Shown: one piece after another, positions 1-8,538 of the stretch
Position numbering within the stretch: position 1 is the stretch's first letter
Layout: the number at the start of each line of letters is the position of its first letter
DNA from: Myxococcales bacterium
GTDB taxonomy: Bacteria; Myxococcota_A; UBA9042; JABWCM01; BTVJ01
DNA: 64,000 nucleotides
Direction: 5' to 3'
Assembly: GCA_045863395.1 (NCBI GenBank)
Contig: BTVJ01000035.1
Span: 11,516-75,515, forward strand
Notes under the pieces: model-generated
What the model was told of the DNA's origin: nothing
What the model saw: the letters and a program-made list of their open reading frames with translations, nothing else
Database searches by the model: none
Translations under genes and position numbers: made by a program

Positions 1-725
1 CCGACGAGCCCGAAGCGTCGCTCACGTGCCCGGTAGGCGCTCAGCGCGCGCATCAGCTCCTCCTCGCCGAAGTCGGGCCATGGCGTGTCGGTGAAGTAGA
101 GCTCCGCGTAGGCGGACTCCCAGAGAAGGAAGTTGGACAGGCGCTGCTCTCCGCTCGTGCGGATGACCAGGTCCGGGTCCCAGGGGATCGCCTCGCTGCG
201 CACCTCCTGATCGAGGCGCGCGGTCGTGACGTCCGACGGCGACAGCTCACCCCGGGCGACGCGCTCCGCCAGGCGTCGCGCCGCCGCGGCGATCTGCTCG
301 CGGCCCCCATAGCTCAAGGCGAGGCACAGCACCATCCCCTGGTTGGCGGCCGACGCCCGCGTCAGGGCGTCCAGCGGCGCGCGGACGAAGGCTGGCAGCC
401 GCTCCTGGTCGCCGATGGTCACGAGCCGCACGCCGTTGTCGCAGATCTCCGACCACTCGGTCCGCAGGAACCGCGCCAGCAGGCGCATCAGGCCAGCCAC
501 CTCGGCGGTGGGCCGCCCCCAGTTCTGCTCGCTGAACGCGTACAAGGTCAGCGCCTTGACCCCGAGGCGACGGCAGGCGCGGGTCACCGTGCGGACGGCG
601 TCGGCGCCGCGATCATGACCGGCGATGCGTGGCAGGCCCCGCGCCTTGGCCCAGCGCCCGTTCCCGTCCATGATGATCGCGATGTGGTCCGGGACCTGTG
701 CCTCGCGGGGAGAGTTCGGGTTCAT
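1..725 (-). CDS. uppS: Undecaprenyl diphosphate synthase (cis-prenyltransferase), 3' end outside the window
   Basis: Not in the ORF track. Manual translation gives MNPNSPREAQVPDHIAIIMDGNGRWAK...DPDLVIRTSGEQRLSNFLLWESAYAELYFTDTPWPDF...RERRFG, the hallmark UppS motifs. Confidence 0.96.
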   Translation of the reverse strand, partial: MNPNSPREAQVPDHIAIIMDGNGRWAKARGLPRIAGHDRGADAVRTVTRACRRLGVKALTLYAFSEQNWGRPTAEVAGLMRLLARFLRTEWSEICDNGVRLVTIGDQERLPAFVRAPLDALTRASAANQGMVLCLALSYGGREQIAAAARRLAERVARGELSPSDVTTARLDQEVRSEAIPWDPDLVIRTSGEQRLSNFLLWESAYAELYFTDTPWPDFGEEELMRALSAYRARERRFGLV

Positions 726-785
726 GGAGGATCCTGGCGCCTGCGAGGGAGGCCGCACGGCGGCGGCGTGTGGCCTGTGGGATGC

Positions 786-1862
786 CTATCCGATCTTGGT
801 GCCGCACTCGCCGCAGAAGCGGGAGCCCGGCTTGAGCTGCGCGCCGCAGCCCGGGCACCCCGCGCCCTGGCGGGCTCCGCACTCCGGGCAGAACTTGGCG
901 CCCGCGGTGATGTGCGCGCCGCAGCCGCTGCACGCCATCACGACCGTCGGGGCCTGGGCCACGGGCGCCACCTGCTGGACCTGTGGCTGGGCCTGTGGCG
1001 CCATGGCGCCGGCGATGGTGTGGGTCATCACCTGGCCCATGGCGAAGCCGGCGCCCATGCCCATGCCCGCCCCCGACATGCCGCTCGGGTTCTGCGCGGC
1101 GTCCCGGATCGCGTTGGCAGCCTGGAACTGGGTGTAGCGGCCCATGTCGCCGAGCACGCCCATGGTGCTGCGCTGGTCGAGGGCTTTCTCCACCTCGGGG
1201 GGCAGGGAGATGTTCTCGATGACGAACTTGCGCAGCGCGAGCCCGTACTCTGCGAACTGCGACTGCATCTTGTCCTGGATGATGGAGGCGATCTGGTCGT
1301 AGTTGCCCGCCAGATCGAGCGCCGGGATCTTCGCCTGACCGAGCGCCGTGGTGAAGCTCGACACCAGGTTCCGCTTGAGCGCCCCCTCGATCTCCTGCGT
1401 CGTGTAGTGCCCGTCGGTGCCGACGATCTCTTTGAAGAAGCGGCCCGGGTCGGACACCTGGATGGCGTAGATGCCGAATGCGCGCAGGCGGACTGCGCCG
1501 AAGTCCGCGTCCCGCATCATGATGGGGTTCATGGTGCCCCAGCGCATGTCCGGGTACTGGCGCGTATTGACGTAGTAGACCTCACACTTGAAGGGCGAGT
1601 TGAAGCCGTACTTCCAGCTCTTCAGCGACGTCAGGATCGGGAGGTTCTGGGTCTCCAGGGTGTAGAGGCCCGGCTTGAAGATGTCCGCGATCTGTCCCTC
1701 GCTGACGAAGATCGCCACCTGCCCTTCGCGCACGGTCAGCTTGGCGCCGTTCTTGATCTCGTGATCCTGGTCCGGGAAACGCCACACCAGCGTGTTGTTG
1801 GACGAGTCGATCCACTCGATGACATCGATGAGCTGGTTCTTGATCCAGTTGAACAGGCCCAT
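786..1862 (-). CDS. SPFH/band-7 domain protein (YdjI-like) with C-terminal double zinc ribbon
   Basis: N-terminal DVIEW...LVWRFP...IKNGAKLTVREGQ...PGLYTLET...PFKCEVYYVN; C-terminal CSGC..CPEC..CPGC..CGEC; RBS AGGAGG upstream. Confidence 0.88.
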   Translation of the reverse strand: MGLFNWIKNQLIDVIEWIDSSNNTLVWRFPDQDHEIKNGAKLTVREGQVAIFVSEGQIADIFKPGLYTLETQNLPILTSLKSWKYGFNSPFKCEVYYVNTRQYPDMRWGTMNPIMMRDADFGAVRLRAFGIYAIQVSDPGRFFKEIVGTDGHYTTQEIEGALKRNLVSSFTTALGQAKIPALDLAGNYDQIASIIQDKMQSQFAEYGLALRKFVIENISLPPEVEKALDQRSTMGVLGDMGRYTQFQAANAIRDAAQNPSGMSGAGMGMGAGFAMGQVMTHTIAGAMAPQAQPQVQQVAPVAQAPTVVMACSGCGAHITAGAKFCPECGARQGAGCPGCGAQLKPGSRFCGECGTKIG

Positions 1863-1917
1863 GGGTCCTCCTCCTGCGATACGGTCGAGCCGCGTGGCGC
1901 CATGCGCCAGCGCTACG

Positions 1918-2907
1918 TCAAGGGCAAAGGGTCCGGGCGCTCTCGGCCGCCTCGGTCAGCATGCGAACGTTGCGCTCCAGGCGCCCGGCCAGATCGGCCT
2001 CTGCGTCAGGGTCTCGCGCCAGCAACGCCAGGTCGTCCCTCACGGCGCCGGCGGTCTGCTCCAGGCGCGAGAGGCCGCTCTCCAGCTCGGCTACCTGGGA
2101 CGTGTTCGCGGACGGTAGCGCCAGGTGCTCACCGAGGGTCGCAGCGGCTCCGAGTACCGCCATGGCGCCCCGACCCATGGCGCCGCCGACCCCACCGGCG
2201 ACGAAGCCGACCGGGTCGTCCTCGCTCGAGAGGCGGATGAGCACGTCGCGCATCGCGTCCGCCACCCGCTCATAGCGCCGCCGGAGGTCGTCCCTGAGGC
2301 GGGCTCCCGCGGCGACGACCGCGCGCGCCCGCTCCTCGAGCTCCGGGTCCGCCGGCGCGCCGGGCCAGTCCGCGCGGGCCAGGGGGCGGGCCGGGTGGCG
2401 ACCGCGGCCCACGAGGGCCCCGGCGACGAAGGCAACCACCGCCAGCACCGGGATGAGCCACAGCATGCCGAGGGCGACCCCCACGGCGACGGCCCCGACC
2501 AACATCACGCCGGTCCACAGGTTGAGGGCGGCGACCGCCATGGACGGGGCCTCCGGGGCGCCTCGCAGCGCCTTCGCGGGGGCGTGCAGGTCCTTGAGGC
2601 GGGCGACGAGGCCGTTGGCGGCCTCCTCGGTCAGCCCATCCGTCAGCCACAGTGGGGGCTTGCCCTCGGCGAGCTCCGCCTCGATGCGCTCCGCCTCCAC
2701 GTCGCCAAGGAGCGATGCGCAGAGCGCGGCGACGTCCTTGCGCTGGCGAGCCCCCGCCATGGGCTGCAGCACCACGCTCCAAGCGCTGCCCTTGGTGGCC
2801 GGCATGAGCGGGCCGGCGCCGCAGCTCAGGCACACGGACATACCCGCGGGCACGGGCCGTTGGCACCGGACGCACAGCGGTGTGGCCCGGACGAGCGCCG
2901 TGCTCAC
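1918..2907 (-). CDS. Membrane protein: N-terminal zinc ribbon, L7/L12-CTD-like segment, 2 TM helices, helical C-terminus
   Basis: CVRC..CLSC; PLWLTDGLTEEAANGLVARLKDLHAPA; hydrophobic hairpin; GTGA overlap with the upstream TerB gene. Confidence 0.65.
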   Translation of the reverse strand: MSTALVRATPLCVRCQRPVPAGMSVCLSCGAGPLMPATKGSAWSVVLQPMAGARQRKDVAALCASLLGDVEAERIEAELAEGKPPLWLTDGLTEEAANGLVARLKDLHAPAKALRGAPEAPSMAVAALNLWTGVMLVGAVAVGVALGMLWLIPVLAVVAFVAGALVGRGRHPARPLARADWPGAPADPELEERARAVVAAGARLRDDLRRRYERVADAMRDVLIRLSSEDDPVGFVAGGVGGAMGRGAMAVLGAAATLGEHLALPSANTSQVAELESGLSRLEQTAGAVRDDLALLARDPDAEADLAGRLERNVRMLTEAAESARTLCP

Positions 2908-3296
2908 GGCATCTCCGGCGTCTCTGCGGCCAGCTCTCGCTCCAGCTCGTCGATGTCGTCGTTGCGCTCGAAGGCCGACGAGAGGAACCGCAGCGCCCCC
3001 CGCTCCTCCTCGCTGATGGACCCGTCGGCCCGCACGAGCAGGATGCAGGCCTTGATGAAGAGGCCGCGGAGGAAGGTGGTGTCCAGGGCTGCGACCGCCT
3101 GGTCGATGTCGAAGGGGAGGTCGTCCAGGCCGTCAATCAGGTCCGGGTACCCGGCGTCGGTCACGAACTCCCGGATGACCGCCCGCTCGTCTTCGGTGAC
3201 GTGGTCGACGGCCGCCACATACTGGAGACCCGCCGCAAACACGGCGACCTGGTCCCGCGTGAGGATTGCCGATGAACTCCCTTGCTGCTCTGTCAT
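2904..3296 (-). CDS. TerB-family (tellurite resistance) helical protein
   Basis: Two TerB-type motifs, VAAVDHVTEDERAVI and VRADGSISEEERGAL; GGAGG RBS. Confidence 0.8.
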   Translation of the reverse strand: MTEQQGSSSAILTRDQVAVFAAGLQYVAAVDHVTEDERAVIREFVTDAGYPDLIDGLDDLPFDIDQAVAALDTTFLRGLFIKACILLVRADGSISEEERGALRFLSSAFERNDDIDELERELAAETPEMP

Positions 3297-3346
3297 GAGA
3301 CCTCCGCGGCCGCTCGGTGGTTGGCGACGTTCGAACCGGGCAAGCG

Positions 3347-3375
3347 AGTATAGGAAGGGGGGGAGGAACCGTCAA
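3347..3375 (-). promoter_or_regulatory. Sigma70-type promoter for the TerB-SPFH-uppS operon
   Basis: Minus strand TTGACG-17 nt-TATACT, about 50 nt upstream of the ATG at 3296. Confidence 0.75.
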
Positions 3376-3406
3376 TGCGCTGGCGGCGCAGGCGGGGTCG
3401 ACTGGA

Positions 3407-4438
3407 TCAATGGGCCTCGGGGTCCAGCGCGTACCGCCCGTCCCGCAGCTTCGTGAAGCCGCAGCTCGACTTCTGAAGGGCGATGGTCACGGACAGGCGC
3501 AGGTTCATCGCGGCGGGCCACAGGCGCAGCGACTTCACGTAGCGCACGGCGTCGTCGAGGGTCGACGGGCCGTTGTGCTTGAGGAAGTGGACCATCACGT
3601 CGGTGAGCTGGGGTGGCCGGGTCCCTCCCTTGGGCAGCGGCGGGATGTACGCGCCCGGCTTGTCCGTGCCAGCGGCGTCGGGCCCTGCCGCGCGCGGTGC
3701 CTCCGGACGTGCGGGTGGCGAGGCCGCAGCCGGTCCAGCCGACCCGCCTGCCGCCGCTGCGGCGCCTGTGAGCCTGGTCGATGACTGCGCCGTCGGAGAG
3801 ACCGGTGCAGGCGGCGAGGATGACACCGGTGGGAACCCTGGCCCGCCCGGCGCTTGCTCGATGGGGGGAGCGGCCGTGGCGGGGCGCGGGGGCTGCTCGG
3901 GCGGCCTCGGGGCGTCCGGGACCAGGTGCAGCGGTGCTCGGGGCCTCGGCCCGGCGGGAGTCTGGTCCTGCGTGTCCCCCTCCGGCGCCGCCACCCGGTC
4001 GGCGCCAACCGTGAGGGTGCCCGGCTCCGTCAGGCGGCGTCGGCGGCGGACGGTCTCCGAGATCCGCCAGGTCTCGGCCTCCTCGGTCGTGATGACGAGC
4101 ACGGCGCGCGGGGGCTCCTGGCGATCTTCGGCAACCGGCGGGAGCGGGGGCGCGGGCGCACGGCGTGGCAGGCGCTCGAGGCGAGGGAGGGCCACCGGGG
4201 GGCGCGCAGGCACGGCCGAAGCCCCTCCCCCCGTCGGAGCAGGCTCCCGGAGGGGGCCACAGAGCGATTCGGTTACAGCGTACAGCTCGCTGGCGATGCG
4301 AAGGCGGTCCAACAGGTTCTCGAGCTCGGCCACCTCGAAGGTGACCCCCTGGGCGTTGCCCCGCGCGAGGGTCGCGCGGCTGCTGTCCAGGATCAGCGTG
4401 ATGTCCATGTCATGCAGTTCAAGAGCGAAGTGCGTCAT
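3407..4438 (-). CDS. Hypothetical protein with Pro/Ala-rich linker and C-terminal winged-helix (HARE-HTH-like) domain; start uncertain
   Basis: C-terminus LTDVMVHFLKHNGPSTLDDAVRYVKSLRLW...FTKLRDGRYAL has a wHTH pattern. ATG at 4438 chosen; the ORF is open to 4528. Confidence 0.55.
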   Translation of the reverse strand: MTHFALELHDMDITLILDSSRATLARGNAQGVTFEVAELENLLDRLRIASELYAVTESLCGPLREPAPTGGGASAVPARPPVALPRLERLPRRAPAPPLPPVAEDRQEPPRAVLVITTEEAETWRISETVRRRRRLTEPGTLTVGADRVAAPEGDTQDQTPAGPRPRAPLHLVPDAPRPPEQPPRPATAAPPIEQAPGGPGFPPVSSSPPAPVSPTAQSSTRLTGAAAAAGGSAGPAAASPPARPEAPRAAGPDAAGTDKPGAYIPPLPKGGTRPPQLTDVMVHFLKHNGPSTLDDAVRYVKSLRLWPAAMNLRLSVTIALQKSSCGFTKLRDGRYALDPEAH

Positions 4439-4569
4439 CCTCAAAGTCCTCTGCTCGAGCCACTGCGCCTTGCGGTGCCGCTCCCGGCGTGTACAGTCGT
4501 CGTGCGACGGGCCGTCGGTGGTGCGCAACCTACGAGACGAGATCCTGCGCAGTCAAGTGCCCCTGTCAG

Positions 4570-4585
4570 TGTGATCCCGGTCGCA
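4570..4585. promoter_or_regulatory. CRP/FNR-family-like operator between divergent genes
   Basis: TGTGA-TCCCGG-TCGCA, one mismatch to TGTGA-N6-TCACA. Confidence 0.4.
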
Positions 4586-4638
4586 ATGTCGCACCGGGCT
4601 GGCCTTGGTTGTTGCTGCGTCCGTGTGATGTAACCGCT

Positions 4639-5391
4639 GTGGAGTGCGTGGAATTTCCAGAGGCTGAGCGAGACGCTGCTCGGCGGATCGCCGCGGTGGT
4701 GGACCCTGACCTGCGCGCCCGCGTCGCCGCCAGGGTGCTCGGGGCCATGGCGACGCGGCAGGCCGTTGCCGTGCTCCACGGGCTCCAGCTCCGGGGCGGC
4801 TGGCTCCACCCTGAGCGCCCGTGGGTGGCGGTGGCTCAGGCGCTGTTGAGCCCGACGCTGGTCGAGTACGAGACCCGCAGGGCGTGGCACGCAGAGGCCG
4901 TCGCCGAGGGGCTCCTCGGGGTGCGCCACGCTCTCCTCGACACGCCGGCGCGCCGGGTCCACCGGCCCCAGGCCGACCCCGTCCCGGGGCTCACCCTGGG
5001 GGAGCGCCGCTGGAGGGCGCGCTTGAGAGACCCCAACCTGCTGGAGAAGCTCCGGCGCGATCCGGATCCTGCCGTTGTCGCCAACCTGCTCCGTAATCCG
5101 CGGACCCTGGAGCTGGACGTCGTCCTCCTCGCGAGCCAGCGACCGGCCTTCGCCCACGCCCTCACCGAGGTCGCCCGGGACCCTCGGTGGGCGGCGGTTG
5201 CCGCCGTCCAGCTTGCGCTCGTCCAGAACCCGTATGCGCCGACGAGCTTGTCCGTGTTGCTGCTCCCGCTGCTCAGGCCATCGCAGCTCGCAAAGGTGGC
5301 CGCGGATGGGACCCTCCACGACGTGGTGCGCGAGGTCGCTGGGTGGCTGCATGCGCAGGGCGGATCGGGGACTGCCGCGGCTGTACGCTGA
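4639..5391 (+). CDS. Hypothetical helical-repeat protein (LRV-like); start uncertain
   Basis: LEKLRRDPDPAVVANLLRNPR...ARDPRW...VQLALVQNPYAP repeat-like motifs. Confidence 0.65.
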   Translation: MECVEFPEAERDAARRIAAVVDPDLRARVAARVLGAMATRQAVAVLHGLQLRGGWLHPERPWVAVAQALLSPTLVEYETRRAWHAEAVAEGLLGVRHALLDTPARRVHRPQADPVPGLTLGERRWRARLRDPNLLEKLRRDPDPAVVANLLRNPRTLELDVVLLASQRPAFAHALTEVARDPRWAAVAAVQLALVQNPYAPTSLSVLLLPLLRPSQLAKVAADGTLHDVVREVAGWLHAQGGSGTAAAVR

Positions 5392-5558
5392 CGAGATCGC
5401 CGCCGAGCGGCTGTGGGACGTCCATCGTCGGCCGCCGCGGCCCGCTCGCCTCCGGGCCCCAGCGCGGGAGCGGCCCGAGGGGTGGGGCCCGCAGGGGCAA
5501 CCTCCGGGTCGGGGCGTCGGGCCTTCGCCGGGACGGGGAGCCGGGCCACTGAAACGAC

Positions 5559-5591
5559 AAGAGGCCCGCTGCCTGGGGCAACGGGCCTCTT
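5559..5591 (-). terminator. Hairpin terminator downstream of tRNA-fMet, possibly bidirectional
   Basis: AAGAGGCCCG(C/T)TGCC inverted repeat with a 3-nt loop, followed on the minus strand by GTCGTTTC. Confidence 0.7.
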
Positions 5592-5602
5592 CTCTGACTG
5601 CT

Positions 5603-5679
5603 TGGTCGCGGGGGCAGGATTTGAACCTGCGGCCTTCGGGTTATGAGCCCGACGAGCTACCTGGCTGCTCCACCCCGCA
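5603..5679 (-). tRNA. tRNA-Met(CAT), initiator type
   Basis: 77 nt TGCGGGGTGGAGCAGCCAGGTAGCTCGTCGGGCTCATAACCCGAAGGCCGCAGGTTCAAATCCTGCCCCCGCGACCA; three consecutive G-C pairs in the anticodon stem; encoded CCA. Confidence 0.97.
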
Positions 5680-5907
5680 GTCGCCGCGATATGTACCCCC
5701 GCAGCGCGAGGGTGTCAACCGATTTCTTCATCACGGGCGCCACGGCCCTTCGCTGCGCCCCAGTCCTGCGACAAATGCTTCAAGCCACGGTGCGGCCATG
5801 CCGATCCATCTCCTCACCACGAGGGGACCGCGCCCGGAGAGGCATCGGACGGTGATCCCCGGGGCGCGTGAAGTGCATGGTCACCACGGACGGAGGAGAG
5901 CGGCGTC

Positions 5908-6717
5908 ATGAAGCGCGGCATCGACAAGATCTCGTTCATCGCCTTGGCGCTGGGTGTCGGAGGCATCCTGGTGGGGAACGCCCTCGAGGGCGGGCACCTG
6001 TCCAGCCTGACCCAGCCGACCGCGGCGCTCATCGTGTTCTGCGGGACCTTCGCCGCCGCCATGTTGCAGTTCCCGGGGCACGTGGTCGGGCGCGCCATGA
6101 CCGGGGTACGTGACGCGTTCCAGCCCCCCACCGTCGACCTGGATGGCACCATGGCGCGCCTCCTCGACTTCGCGAAGCTGGCCCGCAAGGAGGGGTTCAT
6201 CGCGCTGGAGCGGGAGGCGAGCACGCTGTCCGATCCGTTCTTCCGCAAGGCGCTGAACCTGGCGGTGGACGGCGCAGACAGCAAGAAGATCAGGGAGATC
6301 GCCGAGATCGACCTCTACCACGCCCACGAGGAGGGGCAGCTCCCGGGGAGGTTCTGGGAGGCCTGCGGCGGCTATGCGCCGACCATCGGGATCCTCGGCG
6401 CGGTCCTCGGCCTGATCCATGTGATGGGGAACCTCTCGGACCCCTCCAAGCTCGGCGCCGGCATCGCGGTCGCCTTCGTCGCGACGGTCTACGGGGTGGG
6501 GAGCGCCAACCTGATCTTCCTGCCGATCGCCGGGAAGCTCAAGCTGAGGCACCAACACGAGATGAAGCTCCGCGAGATGATCCTGGAGGGCGTCGCGGGC
6601 ATCGCGCAGGGGGACAACCCTCGCATGTTGGAGCAGAAGCTCGTCGGCTTCACGCAGTCTCGGAGCAACGCCCGCCGCGGAGGTGCCGCCGGCGGACAGA
6701 TGCGGCGCGCTGCCTGA
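5908..6717 (+). CDS. motA: Flagellar-type stator subunit MotA
   Basis: ARKEGFIALE; GGYAPTIGILGAVLGLI; IAVAFVATVYGVGSANLIFLPIAGKLK. Confidence 0.93.
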   Translation: MKRGIDKISFIALALGVGGILVGNALEGGHLSSLTQPTAALIVFCGTFAAAMLQFPGHVVGRAMTGVRDAFQPPTVDLDGTMARLLDFAKLARKEGFIALEREASTLSDPFFRKALNLAVDGADSKKIREIAEIDLYHAHEEGQLPGRFWEACGGYAPTIGILGAVLGLIHVMGNLSDPSKLGAGIAVAFVATVYGVGSANLIFLPIAGKLKLRHQHEMKLREMILEGVAGIAQGDNPRMLEQKLVGFTQSRSNARRGGAAGGQMRRAA

Positions 6718-6744
6718 GCAGCCTGGAAGGTGGAGGACAGGAGC

Positions 6745-7545
6745 ATGGCACTGCGTCGCGGGCACGCCGAGGAGCACGTCAACACCGAGCGCTGGCTCGT
6801 CTCCTATGCTGACTTCATCACGCTCCTCTTCGCTTTCTTCACGGTCATGTACGCCATCTCCACCGTCGACGGTGAGAAGGCTGCGCTGGCCAGCCACTCC
6901 GTGCGAGAGGCGCTGGGGCTCCTCGGCGTGGACCGGAACGGCGATGAAGCGCTCCTCCAGCCGCCCATCGAGTCGCCGATCATCGACGCGCGCTTCGTGC
7001 GGTCGGGGCGCGACGTGACGAACGACCGGCTCGACGACATCATCCTGCTGAACGACCTGACGCGCTTCATCGAGGTCAACGCCCTGCAGAGCTCCCTCAG
7101 GGTGGAGATGACGGCCCGCGGGGTCGTGATCACCCTGGCGGAGGCCGGCTTCTTCGACTCCGGGAGCGCGAAGCTCAAGGAGTCGGCCTACGCCGCCTTT
7201 GCCCAGCTCGCGCTCCTGCTGGTGCGATACCAGCCGGAGCTGGCCGTGGAGGGCCACACGGATGATCGGCCCACGCGCGGCGGTCGGTTCCGGAGCAACT
7301 GGGAGCTGTCGACGGCGCGGGCGCTCAGCGTGGTCCAAGCGCTGATCGACGACTTCGGCTACCGTCCGGACCGCCTCGGCGCCACGGGCTTCGGGGAGCA
7401 CCGGCCGGTGGCGTCCAACGACACGGAGGCCCAGCGCGCGCGCAACCGGCGCATCGAGCTGATCGTGCTCCCCCAGTCGAATGCCGTGGCGAAGAGTGCA
7501 ACGTGGAACCAGGTGCCCGGTCTGCCGAACGTCAGCGCGCGCTGA
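6745..7545 (+). CDS. motB: Stator subunit MotB with OmpA-like peptidoglycan-binding domain
   Basis: ERWLVSYADFITLLFAFF (conserved Asp); VEGHTDD, NWELSTARA, RARNRRIE; AGGAG RBS before the ATG at 6745. Confidence 0.93.
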   Translation: MALRRGHAEEHVNTERWLVSYADFITLLFAFFTVMYAISTVDGEKAALASHSVREALGLLGVDRNGDEALLQPPIESPIIDARFVRSGRDVTNDRLDDIILLNDLTRFIEVNALQSSLRVEMTARGVVITLAEAGFFDSGSAKLKESAYAAFAQLALLLVRYQPELAVEGHTDDRPTRGGRFRSNWELSTARALSVVQALIDDFGYRPDRLGATGFGEHRPVASNDTEAQRARNRRIELIVLPQSNAVAKSATWNQVPGLPNVSAR

Positions 7546-7558
7546 CGTTGGCGATCCG

Positions 7559-8296
7559 CTACCAGACCTCGGACCCCGATGCCGGAGCCTCGGCGCGGGC
7601 GTCGCGCACCTCGGCGGCCAGCGGGGAGAGGATCCGGGCCGCGATCAGGAAGGCCCCCTTGCGGGTGAAGTGGATGCCGTCCAGCGTTCGGGACGGGATG
7701 GTTCCGCCCTGGAAGTCCACGAGGGCGTCCACGTAGGCGCCCTTGTCGTCGCTCGTCAGGCTGTAGGCATCGACGAACCGGGCGTGAGGGTGCGCCGCCA
7801 CACGCTGCTCGATGATGTCGGAGATGTCCCGCAGGCGGCGGCTGAACAGCGTGTCGCGCATGTTGGGGGGGCCCACCCAGAAGACGCGCCGGCCGCGGGT
7901 GGTCTGGAGGATCGCGTCGACACGCTCCGCGTAGATCTGACGCCACGCCGGGCGCCCCCAGCGGATCCACCCTTTGGACGACCACGCCCCCTGGGCGTCG
8001 TTGGCGCCGATGTTGATCACGACCACGTGGGGCTGCACCTGGCCCTTGAGGCGATCGATCTCTGCCATCCAGTCGTAGAAATCAGGGCGGGCCAGCCCGC
8101 TGGACCCGACCCCGACGCGTGTGACCTCCACGTTGGACCACTGGCGGAGCGTGCTCTCCAGGACGTTCCCGAGGGCGCCCTTCATGGAGGAGCTCCCCAC
8201 GAGGAGCACGCGGAGGGGCTCCGGGTCGGCGTCGGCCGGGCGGGCGGCTCCCACGAGCACGAGGGCGAGGACCAGGGATCGGAGGGGGCCGAGCAT
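7559..8296 (-). CDS. Secreted SGNH-fold protein (DUF459-like)
   Basis: Signal peptide; LVGSSSM, SSGLARPDFYDW, IGAND, DGIHFT blocks. Confidence 0.82.
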   Translation of the reverse strand: MLGPLRSLVLALVLVGAARPADADPEPLRVLLVGSSSMKGALGNVLESTLRQWSNVEVTRVGVGSSGLARPDFYDWMAEIDRLKGQVQPHVVVINIGANDAQGAWSSKGWIRWGRPAWRQIYAERVDAILQTTRGRRVFWVGPPNMRDTLFSRRLRDISDIIEQRVAAHPHARFVDAYSLTSDDKGAYVDALVDFQGGTIPSRTLDGIHFTRKGAFLIAARILSPLAAEVRDARAEAPASGSEVW

Positions 8297-8538
8297 GGGT
8301 GTGCGATTGTCCAGAAGGCGGTCCGCTCGTCAACCCCCAACCGCGGTAGGCCTGCACAATTATCAGGCACCCCGCCGGAGCGGTCGGGGTCGCGACGGCG
8401 GTCCGGGCCCTCGTAGCATCCGGCCCTTGATCTCGTACCCCATTCGTGGTTCAAGGCTGTTTCGGGCGCGCCGCCTCCGCAACGGACGTCGCGGGTCGAG
8501 GTCGCGCCGCCCGCCACTCGCAGCCCGGATGCCAGCCC

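Noticed and set aside
5351..5911. Alternative frame (MRRADRGLPRLYADEIAAERLWDV) suggesting a frameshifted extension of the 4639-5391 gene
   Set aside because: That frame has no stop before the terminator and would run through the tRNA; unsupported.
5908..7545. Zorya ZorAB anti-phage system
   Set aside because: The MotA homologue is short and canonical with no ZorA tail, and no zorC/D/E genes are adjacent.
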